A stretch of 64,000 nucleotides of DNA, taken from assembly GCA_030390025.1 (NCBI GenBank), contig CM059440.1:32302001-32366000 (forward strand). The letters are read 5' to 3'. Origin of the DNA: Squalus acanthias. Taxonomy: Eukaryota. Positions 62,631 through 64,000 of this stretch are shown piece by piece. How positions within the stretch are numbered: position 1 is the first letter of the stretch; every line of letters begins with the position of its first letter. The notes beneath the pieces are model-generated. The model made no database searches. It was not told the origin of the DNA and saw nothing but the letters and a program-made list of their open reading frames with translations. A program made the translations under genes and the position numbers.

Positions 62631-63478
62631 GGGCTGGATTTTACCAGCCCTGAGGAGGCGGGGTTGGAGGCGGGACTGCTGGAAAAATCAAAGAATGGGA
62701 GCGGGCTCCCAACCCGCCTCGAACCAAGCTTCCCGGGAGTCGGGTCCCCGATTTGCACAAGGACCCGACTCCTAACGGCGGGAAGAGGATTATAGCCACT
62801 TTAACTGCCTGTTATCAGTTATCAGGCAGTTAAGAGGCTTTTTCCAATTTTTAGACTTCTGCTGCGGGCTTCCCGACGTTGGGAAACCCCGCCAGGGTAA
62901 GTGAGGCGTGCTATGGGTCTGTTGTACTGTTGGTGAACAGATGAGAGCTGCAGGAGTGGTGTGAAGGATGCAGTGGGACATTGGTGAGTATCAGAGGTAA
63001 GGAAATGTTGGGAAAGTCATTTTTAATGTGTTTAGATTTTTCTGTAGGTGACAAGCTTTGAAGTGTTTGTGTGGCCTCACCTCATTGGGAGAAGTGACAG
63101 ATCGCTTCTGTACCCTCACCTGCAGCTGCCATCTGTTTCATGCTGAGGAGAGAGTCATTGGAGAGCCTGGGTTCAAGGGCTCACCTTTGTACAGTGATTG
63201 TCAGTGTTTGACAGCACCCCAATGCTGTCAAACACTGTCAGATCATCTGTCAAAAATTCATGGTTCATGTGCCTTTAAGAAAACTGGCAGATGAAGCGTC
63301 ATCAACTGACGCCATCTGACACTGGCTTTCCCTTAATTGCCAGCAAGCCCGCAGGGCGAGCTTAACAAGGCCAATCGGGAAAATAGCGTCTGTGCGTCGG
63401 ACGTCGCTGGGGGCGGGACTAGAACCCGGAAGGCAGCAGTCCCACCCCCAACTCGTCTCGGTGAGTAAAATCCAGCCC
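62631..63478. mobile_element. Non-autonomous TIR DNA transposon (PIF/Harbinger superfamily-like)
   Basis: Perfect 14-bp TIR gggctggattttac / gtaaaatccagccc. Flanks ATT / AGT. CpG-rich subtermini. Confidence 0.82.
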
Positions 63479-63479
63479 A

Positions 63480-63775
63480 GTGTCTGTGAGCCGTACAGAC
63501 CAGAAATATCCCCGGTTCACTCCCTGACCTGTCCTCGGCCACGGTAATGGCAGGGGTACTTCAACTGGCAGGTTCGCCAGAGGAAATATCAGCCACTCTT
63601 GATTGTTCATTGACCCCAGCTGGAAACAGGCTTGTGTGCAGAATGGTGAAGAAAGAATCAGGCTGGGCTGTAAGGACCTCCGTGCTTAAATAGCCTAGCA
63701 GCACACATTGTCTAGGCTTGCATTCCAGGGAGCCAGCGTACCACAGGAAGAATGGGTGCCTTCAGGACAAAGAGA
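63480..63775 (+). mobile_element. Old SINE-like repeat, family A copy
   Basis: gagccgtacagaccagaaat..ccggttc..., aatcaggctgggctgt and gtctaggct match the 11.4-kb and 2-kb copies. Confidence 0.5.
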
Positions 63776-64000
63776 GATTAAAAATGAGCAACTCAGTGTT
63801 GCCTCCACATTATGCAATGTTCAGTTAGATTTTTTTTAAGCAATGGAACAGTGTGGTAATCAGTGTACTGCTGTTCCAACAACCTCGTCAAGTAACAATA
63901 TGATTTGGCTTCATGATTGTAGTTTTGCTGTATATCAAATCTCCAATCTCAGCTTATCCATGTGTACAATTATTTTCGTTACAGTAAAAATATTTTTAAG

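Noticed and set aside
1453-63610. The many other 60-140 aa ORFs in the ORF track
   Set aside because: No recognisable domains. They are intronic noise or off-frame readings of TE fragments.
50473-64000. Next MTOR exon (GQLHQQCCEKW...)
   Set aside because: Not found by eye in the remaining 13.5 kb. Presumably beyond the window.

Overview
AT-rich, repeat-dense vertebrate genomic DNA. The repeat families point to a cartilaginous fish, probably a shark (inference). The window lies inside the MTOR gene (+ strand). It holds two MTOR FAT-domain coding exons (43798-43873 and 50333-50472), and the >43-kb intron upstream of them contains the complete five-exon ANGPTL7 gene on the - strand (ATG 16942, stop 7638, 1047-nt CDS, 348 aa), the same nested antisense arrangement known in human. 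The rest is intron with CR1, L2 and other LINE fragments, Deu-type and other SINEs, several TIR elements (MITEs) and two Penelope-like elements. One Penelope element keeps a long intact RT frame, a GIY-YIG domain split by a SINE insertion and a minimal hammerhead-ribozyme motif. The most unusual signals are: (i) a ~340-bp inverted repeat that brackets ANGPTL7 exon 2, whose skipping would give a fibrinogen-domain-less product; (ii) a short palindromic Penelope-derived element inserted with a 14-bp target duplication; (iii) a PBX-HOX + MEIS motif cluster upstream of ANGPTL7. Exon coordinates were read to the base. Repeat boundaries are approximate and repeat family names come from recall, not a database search.
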